From Planctomycetaceae bacterium (GTDB taxonomy: Bacteria > Planctomycetota > Phycisphaerae > Phycisphaerales > SM1A02), in contig CANKBX010000001.1 in assembly GCA_947480055.1 (NCBI GenBank), positions 1-56,604 on the forward strand: a stretch of DNA of 56,604 nucleotides, written 5' to 3'. A program made the translations under genes and the position numbers. Shown here piece by piece: positions 8,625 to 17,995 of the stretch. Under the pieces are notes generated by a model that saw nothing but the letters and a program-made list of their open reading frames with translations, was not told the origin of the DNA and made no database searches. How positions within the stretch are numbered: position 1 is the stretch's first letter; every line of letters starts with the position of its first letter.

Positions 8625-9395
8625 TTAGCGAATTGCGGTGGTTTCGTCACGCAAGGCGCGGTCAAGCGCGGCGCGCGCGATGAAACCAATCACCGCCAAC
8701 GTGGCCATAAAAATGACAACCCCCACAATCACAGCCAAATATCCCTGATTTTTGGCCAGTGTTTGAATATCGGTGGCGCCCGTGGCGGAAGCCGAAGCCG
8801 CAATAAAGCACGCGAACAACGTTCGCGGCGCGATGCCCACGGAAGATCCGATTAAAAATTCTGTCCAGCCCGCGCCGCAAGCCGCAAGCACCAAGTTGGT
8901 CACGGCGAAGGGTCCGCTTGGAGAAAGTCGAATCAAAGCGATGATGCCCGTGGCCTTCCACTTATTTTCCTCAAGAATGGTTTTACGAATAATGCGCCAA
9001 CGCTTGCGCGAGTCAATCCACGTTGCGACATGATCCGAGCACACCAATTTGCTGATGCCAAAACCAATCGTGCTGCCGCCCAAATATCCGGCGGCGCATG
9101 CGGCGAAACCAAGTTCCACACCAAAGACCCAGCCGCCCACGATGGTGGCGGCGTAGGTTGGCAAAATGCCAAGCCCCGTGAGCACCGCGTAGCTTGCCGC
9201 AAATATCGCGGCGGCCTTGAAGTCTTCGCTACCAAGCCATTGGTGCGCGAAGTTGATGTTGGCCAACAAAATCAGTCCGCACGTTAAAGGCAAAACGCAC
9301 CACGCAATAAACAAAACAAAACCTCCGCGCATGCCGCGGGGAAGCGTCTGAAAAAAGTGCTTCCACGCGGGTGGCGGAGGTGATTGCGTTGTCAT
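8625..9395 (-). CDS. TVP38/TMEM64 (DedA/SNARE-associated) family membrane protein
   Basis: 256 aa and multi-pass hydrophobic. The segment RLSPSGPFAVTNLVLAACG is typical of the family. Confidence 0.65.
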   Translation of the reverse strand: MTTQSPPPPAWKHFFQTLPRGMRGGFVLFIAWCVLPLTCGLILLANINFAHQWLGSEDFKAAAIFAASYAVLTGLGILPTYAATIVGGWVFGVELGFAACAAGYLGGSTIGFGISKLVCSDHVATWIDSRKRWRIIRKTILEENKWKATGIIALIRLSPSGPFAVTNLVLAACGAGWTEFLIGSSVGIAPRTLFACFIAASASATGATDIQTLAKNQGYLAVIVGVVIFMATLAVIGFIARAALDRALRDETTAIR

Positions 9396-9410
9396 TGAAT
9401 TCGTGGGTTT

Positions 9411-10805
9411 TTAAGCCGTAACCGCCACGCGCGCGTCCATGTGGCGAATGATTTCGTGGGCAAATTCGGAGCATTTCACCTTGCGCGCGCCTTCCATCAG
9501 GCGATGGAAATCGTACGTGACGGTGCGCGCGGTAATGGCCGCGTCCATGCCCGCGATGATCATGTCAGCGGCCTCGCTCCAACCCATGTAGCGCAACATC
9601 ATTTCGCCGGACAAAATCACGCTGCCTGGATTCACTTGATCAAGGTTGGCGTACTTCGGCGCGGTGCCGTGCGTGGCTTCAAAGATGGCGTGCCCGGTGA
9701 TCTCATTGATATTGGCGCCTGGCGCGATACCGATACCACCCACTTGCGCGGCGAGCGCGTCGGACAAATAGTCGCCGTTCAAATTCATGGTGGCGATCAC
9801 ATCAAAATCTTTGGCGCGTGTGAGCACTTGTTGCAACGTGATGTCGGCGATGGAATCCTTGATGAGCAACTTGCTCTTCCACTTTCCGCCGCCATGCGTC
9901 GCCGCCAACTTCATGGCCACATCAATCTCGGCGCGAATCTTGCCTTGTTGATCTGGCGTCATCATGTCGTAACCCGGATCGATCATCTTGGCGTTGGCCT
10001 CGGTGGTCAGCGCGGCGTTGGCATCCTTGTTTCCAAAGATCCACGTCTCGCGCTCGCTCACAGTTTCATTGCGGAATTCCTTGGCCGCAAGCGCGTAGGC
10101 CCAATCCTTAAAGGCGCCTTCGGTGAACTTCATGATGTTACCCTTATGCACAATTGTCAGGCTTTTTCGCTTCTCTTTCAGCGCGTACTTGATTGCGCTG
10201 CGAACAAGACGCTCGGTGCCGTCCTTGGAAATTGGCTTGATACCAATGCCGCTGGTTTCTGGGAAACGGATTTTTTTAAACTGCTCTGGAAACGCCAACT
10301 TGAAAGCATCCATAAATTTCTTGGCGTCGGGCGAACCTTCCTTGAATTCAATGCCGGCGTAAATGTCCTCGGTGTTCTCGCGGAAGATCACGGCGTTCAC
10401 ATCTTCTGGCTTCTTCACCGGACTTGGCACGCCCTTGAAGTAACGCACGGGTCGCAAACAAACATAGAGATCAAGTTTTTGACGCAGCGCGACATTCAGA
10501 CTGCTGATGCCGCCACCGATTGGAGTGGTGAGCGGACCCTTGATGCCAACAAGCATGTCGCGGAATGCGGTGAGCGTTTCTTCGGGCAACCATGATCCAG
10601 TTTTGTTGAATGCTTTTTCGCCGGCGAGAACTTCGTGCCAGTGAATCTTGCGCTTGCCGTTGTAGGCTTTTTCAACCGCGGCGTCGAACACCATTTGACT
10701 GGCCTTCCAAATGTCGGGGCCAGTTCCATCGCCCTCAATGAATGGAATGAATGGTTGATCTGGAACTTGAAGTCCGGCGGTGGTCATTTGAATTTTGCTT
10801 GGCAT
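9411..10805 (-). CDS. icd: NADP-dependent isocitrate dehydrogenase
   Basis: 464 aa. Motifs [29 protein letters not shown] and GTAPKYA. Confidence 0.95.
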   Translation of the reverse strand: MPSKIQMTTAGLQVPDQPFIPFIEGDGTGPDIWKASQMVFDAAVEKAYNGKRKIHWHEVLAGEKAFNKTGSWLPEETLTAFRDMLVGIKGPLTTPIGGGISSLNVALRQKLDLYVCLRPVRYFKGVPSPVKKPEDVNAVIFRENTEDIYAGIEFKEGSPDAKKFMDAFKLAFPEQFKKIRFPETSGIGIKPISKDGTERLVRSAIKYALKEKRKSLTIVHKGNIMKFTEGAFKDWAYALAAKEFRNETVSERETWIFGNKDANAALTTEANAKMIDPGYDMMTPDQQGKIRAEIDVAMKLAATHGGGKWKSKLLIKDSIADITLQQVLTRAKDFDVIATMNLNGDYLSDALAAQVGGIGIAPGANINEITGHAIFEATHGTAPKYANLDQVNPGSVILSGEMMLRYMGWSEAADMIIAGMDAAITARTVTYDFHRLMEGARKVKCSEFAHEIIRHMDARVAVTA

Positions 10806-10865
10806 AGGGTTCTCCTTGGAAAGATGAAAAATTGGCTGATTCAGTGATTTACATTACCCGATGAT

Positions 10866-12491
10866 TTATGGATCAGGTGGTGGCTCAAATGGCGGAGGTT
10901 CGACGGGATCTGGCTCTGGAATTGGCTTGACAATAGGAGTGGGCGCTGGAACCGGACTTGAAACAGGATTGGCCTTGGGCGCCGGCTCAACTGGGGAAGG
11001 TTGAGTTTTGGGCGCGGGTTCTGCAGCTGGAATTGGCGCGGGTTCTGCAACTGGTTCTGCAACTGGAATTGGCGCGGGTTCTGCAGCTGGTTCTGCAACT
11101 GGAATTGGCGCGGGTTCTGCAGCTGGTTCTGCAGTTGGCTCTGCAACTGGAGTTGGCGCGGGTTCTGCAATTGGTTGCGCTACAGGAACCGGAGTGGGTT
11201 CTAACAATGGGTCCGAAAGTGGAATCGGTTCTGATTGAACAATTGGTTCCGCTGCTGGAATTGGCGCGGGTTCTACAACTGGTTCTGCAACTGGAATTGG
11301 CGCGACTTCTACAACTGGTTCCGCAACTGGAGTTGGCGCAGTTTTTACAACTGGCGCAAGTCCTGGTTCTATTTCGGGATCCACTACGGGCTGTGAAACT
11401 CCACCTGGCGCGGATTTGATAATTGGTTGCGCAACTGGAATTGGCGCAACTTCAACAACTGGTTCTGCAACTGGAGTTGGCGCAACTTCAACAACTGGTT
11501 CCGCAACTGGAGTTGGCGCAACTTCAACAACTGGTTCCGCAACTGGAATTGGTGCAACTTCTACAACAGGCTCCGCTACTGGAATTGGTGCAACTTCTAC
11601 AACGGGCTCCGCTACTGGCTCCGCTACTGGTTCTACTTCAGGATCTGCTACCGGCTGAGCAACTGGAATTGGCGCAACTTCTACAACTGGCTCCGCAACT
11701 GCAATTGGCGCAACTTCTACAACTGGTTCCGCAACTGGAATTGGCGCGACTTCAACAACTGGTTCCGCAACCGCAATTGGCGCGACTTCTACAACTGGTT
11801 CCGCAACCGCAATTGGCGCAACTTCAACAACTGGTTCCGCAACTGCAATTGGCGCAACTTCAACAACGGGTTCCGCAACTGCAATTGGCGCAACTTGCAA
11901 ATCTTCAAGCGAGACTGGTGGCTCAATAACCGCCGCTTGAGTTGACCGCGGGCTCGCAATCTCAGGAGGCGCATTCGCATCGCTTTGAGAAACTGCCACC
12001 ACTGGAAATGGCTTTGCGTGATCTGGCAATCTGCTCGAATCGGTGGAGGAATACTGGGTAATTGTGGCCTTTTTCTCCAACGGCATTCCACTGAGTCTTC
12101 GTTCCACTTCATCCAAATAATGCCGCGCTTGCAACCAAAAATGCGCGGGAATCACAATGGTGCTTGTGGAAAATTCAACCGATGGCGGAGTTGCGTCGGT
12201 GACCGACGCGCTAAATCTCCACTCAAATTCCTCGCGACGCGGCGGCGATCCCGCCACCATCAAATCGCGGCGCACATCACGTCGGATTTCAATGCGACTC
12301 GCGGCGTCATCGCGCCAGACTTCATTATCAACAACAATCCAATCGGCGTACCGTGGATCCTCCGCCGCTTGCACCATGGCTTTCCAAACTTGATCACGAG
12401 TGTGCCCAGGAAATACACGTTCCTTGGTTCCACACGCGGCAAGCGCGGGAACGCACACAACGCAAAAAATAAAGAAGTTCCAAAGTTTCAT
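10866..12491 (-). CDS. Secreted lipoprotein with a long Pro/Val/Glu/Ala-rich tandem-repeat C-terminal half
   Basis: The ORF is open to 12551, but that extension overlaps yebC. The ATG at 12491 gives MKLWNFFIFCVVCVPALAAC, a signal peptide with a lipobox. The C-terminal half consists of PIAVAEPVVEVA 12-mers. Confidence 0.8.
   Translation of the reverse strand: MKLWNFFIFCVVCVPALAACGTKERVFPGHTRDQVWKAMVQAAEDPRYADWIVVDNEVWRDDAASRIEIRRDVRRDLMVAGSPPRREEFEWRFSASVTDATPPSVEFSTSTIVIPAHFWLQARHYLDEVERRLSGMPLEKKATITQYSSTDSSRLPDHAKPFPVVAVSQSDANAPPEIASPRSTQAAVIEPPVSLEDLQVAPIAVAEPVVEVAPIAVAEPVVEVAPIAVAEPVVEVAPIAVAEPVVEVAPIPVAEPVVEVAPIAVAEPVVEVAPIPVAQPVADPEVEPVAEPVAEPVVEVAPIPVAEPVVEVAPIPVAEPVVEVAPTPVAEPVVEVAPTPVAEPVVEVAPIPVAQPIIKSAPGGVSQPVVDPEIEPGLAPVVKTAPTPVAEPVVEVAPIPVAEPVVEPAPIPAAEPIVQSEPIPLSDPLLEPTPVPVAQPIAEPAPTPVAEPTAEPAAEPAPIPVAEPAAEPAPIPVAEPVAEPAPIPAAEPAPKTQPSPVEPAPKANPVSSPVPAPTPIVKPIPEPDPVEPPPFEPPPDP
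10990..11900. repeat. In-frame 36-bp tandem repeat array inside the lipoprotein gene
   Basis: About a dozen near-identical units (e.g. GGTTCCGCAACTGCAATTGGCGCAACTTCAACAACT) and a similar number of degenerate ones. All plus-strand frames are also open here, as expected for a repeat. Confidence 0.9.
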
Positions 12492-12507
12492 CACATGGGC
12501 CATTCTT

Positions 12508-13230
12508 TTAATCGCGGGACAAATTCGTGTGCACACGTTGCACATCATCATGATCCTCTAAAGCTTCAACCAATTTTTCGATTGTTTGAATTGTTTCTGA
12601 ATCAACGGACACCGTATTCAGTGGAACATATTCGATTCCCGCGCTGACCACAGAAATATTCGCCGCTTCAATCGCCTCGCGCACCACGCCAAATATGGCG
12701 GGAGCGGTGGTGATTTGCCAACCCTCCTCCCCACTTTGTACATCATCGGCCCCGGCCGCCAAGGCGATTTCCATAAGCGCGTCCTCAGTTGAGGCTTGGC
12801 TAGAAATCAGCAGAATTCCCTGCTGAACAAAGCCAAACATGACGCTGTTGGGCACGCCAATTTTGCCGCCATTTTTGTCAAAAATAGTGCGAATTTCAGG
12901 CGCGGTTCGATTGGTGTTTGCCACAAGGGCCTCAACCACAAGGGCAACACCGCCGGGACCAAATCCCTCGTAACGGGTGGGCTCATAGCGCTCGCTTTCC
13001 AGCCCGCCCGCTCCCTTCTTCACGGCCTTTTCGATTGTGTCGCGGGGCATGTTGCCGGCCTTGGCATCCAGAATGGCTAGGCGCAACGAGGAATTAAATT
13101 TTGGATCCACGCCTCCGGTGCGCGCCGCGACAATCACGGCGCGGCTGAGTTTGCTCCAAATTTTTCCACGCTTGGCGTCCACCGCGGCTTTGCGATGCTT
13201 GATGTTTTTCCAAACACTATGACCCGCCAT
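12508..13230 (-). CDS. yebC: YebC/PmpR family DNA-binding transcriptional regulator
   Basis: 240 aa. The N-terminus MAGHSVWKNIKHRKAAVDAKRGK is diagnostic. The start overlaps the upstream TPR gene stop by 1 nt (TAATG). Confidence 0.95.
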   Translation of the reverse strand: MAGHSVWKNIKHRKAAVDAKRGKIWSKLSRAVIVAARTGGVDPKFNSSLRLAILDAKAGNMPRDTIEKAVKKGAGGLESERYEPTRYEGFGPGGVALVVEALVANTNRTAPEIRTIFDKNGGKIGVPNSVMFGFVQQGILLISSQASTEDALMEIALAAGADDVQSGEEGWQITTAPAIFGVVREAIEAANISVVSAGIEYVPLNTVSVDSETIQTIEKLVEALEDHDDVQRVHTNLSRD

Positions 13231-16200
13231 TATTTTACCCCTGTGGAAGTTGCGGATCCTTGGCTTGGCGACAAATCTTTCGCAGGCGCTGGAGATGGTT
13301 GTGCGAAATCCATGTCGGCCAATTCAGGCGCTTCGCCTTTGGCTATGGCCTTTAATTTTTTCGCGGCGCGATCGATTGCGGCGCCATCATTGCGATCGTA
13401 AAAAGCGTCGGCGTTCCACGCACGAATTCCCCACTCGCGCTGCTGCAATATCTGAAACGCTTTCACAACATTTTCCCGTGAAGATTTGTTCGCCTCCGAA
13501 TCCTCAATCAAGCGCCATAATTCCACGGCCTTGCCGGTTGCGCCGGTTCGATACAGGGCGTCGGCGTAGTGATCCATGGATTCGGCGGAGGCGCGATCCT
13601 GCGACTGTTCAATCGATTGACGCAGCAAGGAAATTGCGCCCAATTCGCCTGCGGAATCAAGCAATTGTCCTTGTCGATACGCCAACCAACCCGCCGTATC
13701 CAAAGTGCTTGGGTCGTTGGGGGTCATCGCCAGCGCGCGCTTGACCAAATCAATCGTGGCGGAATCAATTTGGTTGTGCTCCATTCGAAGCCACGCCAAG
13801 TTGTTCATCGCGCTGGCGAGATCGGGCGCAAGATAAAGCGCGGATTGAAAACATTCGCTTGCGGCGGCGGCATTGCTGGCCATTAGGAACGCGTTTCCCA
13901 ACTCCGCAAGATCTTCGGCTTGCGTTGTGACGCGCGGATCTTTGATGAGAAATTTATTGATCGACCGCTCTTGCGCAAGCCGCGCGCTCGCCCTTTGCGT
14001 GTTGCCTTGGGCGATGATGCTGGCCAATTCGGCGCGAAAGAGTTGCGCTTGATCTTTGGCCTTGTTCAGCGCGCCCACATCATGAAGCAACGATTCGGCC
14101 TTCATGAACATGCCTTCATCGGCAAGCATTTGCGCGGCTTCAATTGTGGCGGACACGGTCCACGGGCGCGCGAATTTTTTGCTCAGGGCATGGGCTTCAT
14201 CCACAGTTGCATTCAACATGGCATAGGCGAGATACATGGGTTGAACCTGCGCGTCATTTAAAAGTGGCATGGCGAGCGCGGATTGAAGCGCCAAGCGGTC
14301 CTCAATATTTTTTGGCAAGCGATGCGCGAAAGAAATCGCGCTTTGGCGCTGTGTTTTTGATATTCGCGCGTTTTGAGACAAGTTCCGAATCTCTTGCGCC
14401 GCGATGTTTGGATCAAATGAAAGCGCGAACTCAATCCGCTCCAACTGAGATCGGCCCGTGGCATTTTTCACGTGATCCGATGCGTTCATCATCACGCTCC
14501 ATGCCTCCGATGTTTTTCCGGCGGCGATTAAACTTCGCACGCATCCACGAGTCAACGCGTCGGAATCTGGATCACTCGCGGACGCGCTCTTGAGTATTTG
14601 AATCACTTCAAGCAATCGGTCTTGCTGCGCCTTGCAAGAAAGATCCGCTTCACCAAGCTCGGCCACGGCGGGATGCGTCTTGGAAAATGCTTCGAGGAAT
14701 TTTTCCGTTTCAATCAATCGACCAGTATCCACCGCGGCGGACACCAATGCTTGCCCCACCTCGACATCAAGTGGATCCTCCATGAACAGTAAGCGCAGTG
14801 ATTCCAAAGCGACCTCTGATTGACCGCGTCGCTTCGCCTGCAGCGCCTTCTCGCGAAAATATTCACGCCGCACCTGCGCGAACTGGGATGCATTAACAAT
14901 TTCCAACGCATCCTCGTCGGGCGCGATCGAACGATCTGGCACCGCCACTTGCAAATACTTCCGCGCCGGCAATCGATCCGCCGGCGCGTTCTGCATGGCG
15001 CGTTCAAGTGAATTGCGCACTTCAAGCGCGGTTTCGCGCTGTTTTTCAAAATTCCGCGCGGCGGTTTCATCCATGACACGCGACAAATCGATCGCCGCAC
15101 GCACCATCCACGCTGGGGAACTTTTCTTATTCAAAGCGATGGCTTTTTCCACGTGCTCTATGGCTTTTTCAGTTTCACCACATTCAAGAAAAGCCGCAGC
15201 CAGCGCCACCGACTCGTCGCAGGATTTCACGTCGCACAACTTTTCAATGCGCTCCACTTGGGCAAGATCTTGTTCGATCGCCAACGCTTTCAACGCCACG
15301 ATGCGCGACGCGCTTGCGAGTGCGTCTTGGGAATCAATGAACGGCTCAATCGTTCGCAGCGCCAACAGGGAATCAAATCCAACTAGATCAAACCATGCGG
15401 CAAGAAGAGCGCGCGTCGCGTTGTTGGCTGGAGTGTTGTTGGCATTGGGTCTTTGAATGTCGCCACGAAGTTGCTTTGCGCCAATGGGCAAAGCGCGCAA
15501 TGCCGTGGCCCAACGCGACGCGGACATTGGATTTTTTTGTACTTGATCCAAGGCCATGTCAAGAACAACTCCAACACCTTGGCGTGATGCTAGAAATTGC
15601 GTGGCCTCGCTCATGGCGATGGGATCTTCAAGTGCCGCCGACTCCAAGGAAAGTATGGAATCCACGGCGTGAGTGTCGCCAATGGCCAACATGCTGCGCG
15701 CATAGATCACGTCTTCCCTGGATGTGTCTGATTTAAAATCAGCTTGTAATGGCTGCGATAAGCCACTTTTGAACAACCATGTGATCGCCAGTGGCGCTCC
15801 CGCGCGGCCCGGTGAATCGATTTGTGCCAACGTGGTCTTGATCAGTTGCCAGGCTTCATCGGGTTCACCAGAGCAACTCAACGCCCAAACCACCAGCGGT
15901 AAACTTGCTGCGTCGCTGGTGTCGGTCTGTGCCAACGACTGGGAAAATGACGTGGCTGCGTCGCTCCATTGGTCAATGCTGGCTTCGCACTCGCCAGCGA
16001 ATCGCAAAAACTCCTTGGATTGTTTACGCGGAAGTTTTTCTTGATTGGGCAAGGTGTCCAACTCTGTTTCAAATTGAACCGCATCATGAAAGCACGTTGC
16101 TGCGGCGCGCGCGTAACCAAGTTCGCGCAAGGCCAGACCCAAGCCCCCCGCTGTGGCGATGCGCATTTTCAAACGCGAGTCCGTGGGCTCGACCGTCAAC

Positions 16201-16757
16201 CAAATTCTTCGCGCAAGAAATAATTTTTCAGCGGCGGGCAAGAATTTTTTTCCCGCCAGAAAATCAAGCCCGCTCCCAACCAATGCCTCGGCGTCGTTGG
16301 GCTCCAGTGATAGCACTTGGTTCCACGCGCTCAACGCTGTTTCCCGCCGTCCCGCTCCATCAAGTATGCGCCCTATTTCGCGCCACGCCAGTATATTTTT
16401 AGGGTCGGTTCGGACCAATTGCAAAAGCAATTGCATCGCTTGATCGGGTTCGCGTTGGCGCATGTGCGTGCGGGCCTTGGTCAACCACGCGGGATCAGGC
16501 TCGTTTGGCGATGGCGCGGCGCGATCAGTGGACTTGGGCGGGGATATTTTATTTTCAATTTCATCTAGCGATTGCTGCGCGCCCAACGCGTCCGGATGTG
16601 ATTTGATTGCGATGAATGTTGGTGGCGCGAGTGTTTTGTATTTTTCTGAATTTTCTTGCGGCGCTTGAGCGTGGGCCGACTGAGTGGGTGCTTGGAACAT
16701 GGGCGCGCAAATAGCGCAACATGCGAACAAGATCCACACCCAAATCGGACGGTTCAT
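13230..16757 (-). CDS. Large secreted TPR-repeat protein
   Basis: 1175 aa. Signal peptide MNRPIWVWILFACCAICAPMFQAPTQSAHA. Numerous TPR-like segments (e.g. AWREIGRILDGAGRRETALSAWNQVLSLEPNDAEA, NNLAWLRMEHNQIDSA). Confidence 0.8.
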   Translation of the reverse strand: MNRPIWVWILFACCAICAPMFQAPTQSAHAQAPQENSEKYKTLAPPTFIAIKSHPDALGAQQSLDEIENKISPPKSTDRAAPSPNEPDPAWLTKARTHMRQREPDQAMQLLLQLVRTDPKNILAWREIGRILDGAGRRETALSAWNQVLSLEPNDAEALVGSGLDFLAGKKFLPAAEKLFLARRIWLTVEPTDSRLKMRIATAGGLGLALRELGYARAAATCFHDAVQFETELDTLPNQEKLPRKQSKEFLRFAGECEASIDQWSDAATSFSQSLAQTDTSDAASLPLVVWALSCSGEPDEAWQLIKTTLAQIDSPGRAGAPLAITWLFKSGLSQPLQADFKSDTSREDVIYARSMLAIGDTHAVDSILSLESAALEDPIAMSEATQFLASRQGVGVVLDMALDQVQKNPMSASRWATALRALPIGAKQLRGDIQRPNANNTPANNATRALLAAWFDLVGFDSLLALRTIEPFIDSQDALASASRIVALKALAIEQDLAQVERIEKLCDVKSCDESVALAAAFLECGETEKAIEHVEKAIALNKKSSPAWMVRAAIDLSRVMDETAARNFEKQRETALEVRNSLERAMQNAPADRLPARKYLQVAVPDRSIAPDEDALEIVNASQFAQVRREYFREKALQAKRRGQSEVALESLRLLFMEDPLDVEVGQALVSAAVDTGRLIETEKFLEAFSKTHPAVAELGEADLSCKAQQDRLLEVIQILKSASASDPDSDALTRGCVRSLIAAGKTSEAWSVMMNASDHVKNATGRSQLERIEFALSFDPNIAAQEIRNLSQNARISKTQRQSAISFAHRLPKNIEDRLALQSALAMPLLNDAQVQPMYLAYAMLNATVDEAHALSKKFARPWTVSATIEAAQMLADEGMFMKAESLLHDVGALNKAKDQAQLFRAELASIIAQGNTQRASARLAQERSINKFLIKDPRVTTQAEDLAELGNAFLMASNAAAASECFQSALYLAPDLASAMNNLAWLRMEHNQIDSATIDLVKRALAMTPNDPSTLDTAGWLAYRQGQLLDSAGELGAISLLRQSIEQSQDRASAESMDHYADALYRTGATGKAVELWRLIEDSEANKSSRENVVKAFQILQQREWGIRAWNADAFYDRNDGAAIDRAAKKLKAIAKGEAPELADMDFAQPSPAPAKDLSPSQGSATSTGVK

Positions 16758-16765
16758 TCATCCAC

Positions 16766-17443
16766 TCACTTGCGAGAAGCACGCTTGGATGGAGAAGCAC
16801 TTGTCTTGCGCGTCGTGCGCCCAACTCGTGCGGGACGCCCCGACACCAAATAGCGGTCGACGGCTTTGCGAATGGCGACATGCGTGGAAACCGCGTCCTC
16901 GGCTCGAACGTGTCGCAACATGAGTTGCGAAATATCCGCCGCTGATCCCGCGGCCGTGAGAATGTCCGACTCCACCAATAGACGAATGGTGGTTCGATCC
17001 ATGGGCACCGCGTGAATATTCAACCCCAGCAAACACACGCGCGCGGCCACAAATGAGGGAATTCCATCTAGATTTTCAATGTAACTCTTGGCGTCGCGCT
17101 TGGGGATGGTCGTGAGATGCTCCAAACTCACCTTGTGCTGGCGCTTGAAAATATCATGCAGAGCCCGGCGCAACAAAACGCAACGATCATGCGCCTCTGG
17201 ATAACGCACGCCAATTGTCTCCACCATTTCCTTCACAAGCGACACACGCAGATCGTTGAAGTCGACCATGTCATGGCGAATGCGCGACATGGCGTGGGCG
17301 GTCTGGTCGCGCGAAGCGTCGGTGAGCAAGAAACTTTCAATCAGCAACTCGATCAAGTCGGTTGGCGGAGTGGGATCCTTCTCCATGTTGGTGCGGACAA
17401 ATTGTGCGAACTTGGTTGTGTAGAGCTCTGGCTTGGCGGTCAT
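16766..17443 (-). CDS. Hypothetical protein with possible HhH-GPD (endonuclease III-like) fold, no Fe-S cluster loop and a basic C-terminal tail
   Basis: 225 aa. DLIELLIESFLLTDAS and ENLDGIPSFVAARVCLLGLNIHAVPMDRTTIRLL resemble EndoIII helix-hairpin-helix segments. No Cys cluster. The tail is RKTSASPSKRASRK. Confidence 0.4.
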   Translation of the reverse strand: MTAKPELYTTKFAQFVRTNMEKDPTPPTDLIELLIESFLLTDASRDQTAHAMSRIRHDMVDFNDLRVSLVKEMVETIGVRYPEAHDRCVLLRRALHDIFKRQHKVSLEHLTTIPKRDAKSYIENLDGIPSFVAARVCLLGLNIHAVPMDRTTIRLLVESDILTAAGSAADISQLMLRHVRAEDAVSTHVAIRKAVDRYLVSGRPARVGRTTRKTSASPSKRASRK

Positions 17444-17572
17444 AGTTCCTCGAATTGATTTGAATATTGGGTGCGATAGTGAGAGTGAACGCGAGTCGAA
17501 TTTAAATTTGCTTGAATGCTTTGATTTTGTTTACGTGTTGGACTATTGAAGTTGAAGTGGAATGCGTTGATT

Positions 17573-17995
17573 TCAATCTTGGGCGTGTTCTTCTGGCGCG
17601 GGATCATTGGCTGGACTCTCGCCGCGGGATTGACTGGCCGCGAGCATGGCGGCGTCAAGCGACGCTTGCTTCTTCAGCGAATCATCAAGCTCAAATTCCA
17701 AGCGTGGAAGACGGCGAATTTCGATCTTTTTAATCATGCCCGCTTTTAAACGACCACTGGCGTGGCGCAAGGCGGCGATGGCCAACATGCCACGCTCGCC
17801 AGGCAAAACCGAAATATGAAATCGCACCGTGGAACGGTCCGGGGACATGACGGCGTTCAGAACGCTGATCAAACAACCTTCAACCCGCGGATCGGACAAG
17901 CCCTCGGCTATGGCCGATTGCATGGCGCGACGAAGCGCCGAGGACAATCGTCCAGCGGTGCGCTCATCCGAAGGCTCGTGGGATTGTCGGTTCAT
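17573..17995 (-). CDS. rbfA: Ribosome-binding factor A
   Basis: 140 aa. RLSSALRRAMQSAIAEGLSDPRV...VRFHISVL is typical of RbfA. ATGA overlap with the infB stop. Confidence 0.85.
   Translation of the reverse strand: MNRQSHEPSDERTAGRLSSALRRAMQSAIAEGLSDPRVEGCLISVLNAVMSPDRSTVRFHISVLPGERGMLAIAALRHASGRLKAGMIKKIEIRRLPRLEFELDDSLKKQASLDAAMLAASQSRGESPANDPAPEEHAQD

Noticed and set aside
9441-10595. A 384-aa plus-strand ORF opposite icd.
   Set aside because: It is a shadow ORF antisense to a strongly supported icd gene, with Arg/Gly/His-rich low-information composition and no motifs.
10958-11945. Several plus-strand ORFs of 76-172 aa (Leu/Gln-rich, Gly/Ser/Thr-rich, Trp/Asn/Arg-rich), and a possible CRISPR-like periodicity.
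   Set aside because: They are frame artefacts of the 36-bp repeat antisense to the lipoprotein gene. The repeats are contiguous with no unique spacers, so this is not a CRISPR array.
12492-12551. A 20-aa N-terminal extension of the repeat lipoprotein ORF (MMMCNVCTRICPAIKRMAHV).
   Set aside because: It overlaps the 3' end of yebC. The ATG at 12491 gives a canonical lipoprotein signal peptide.
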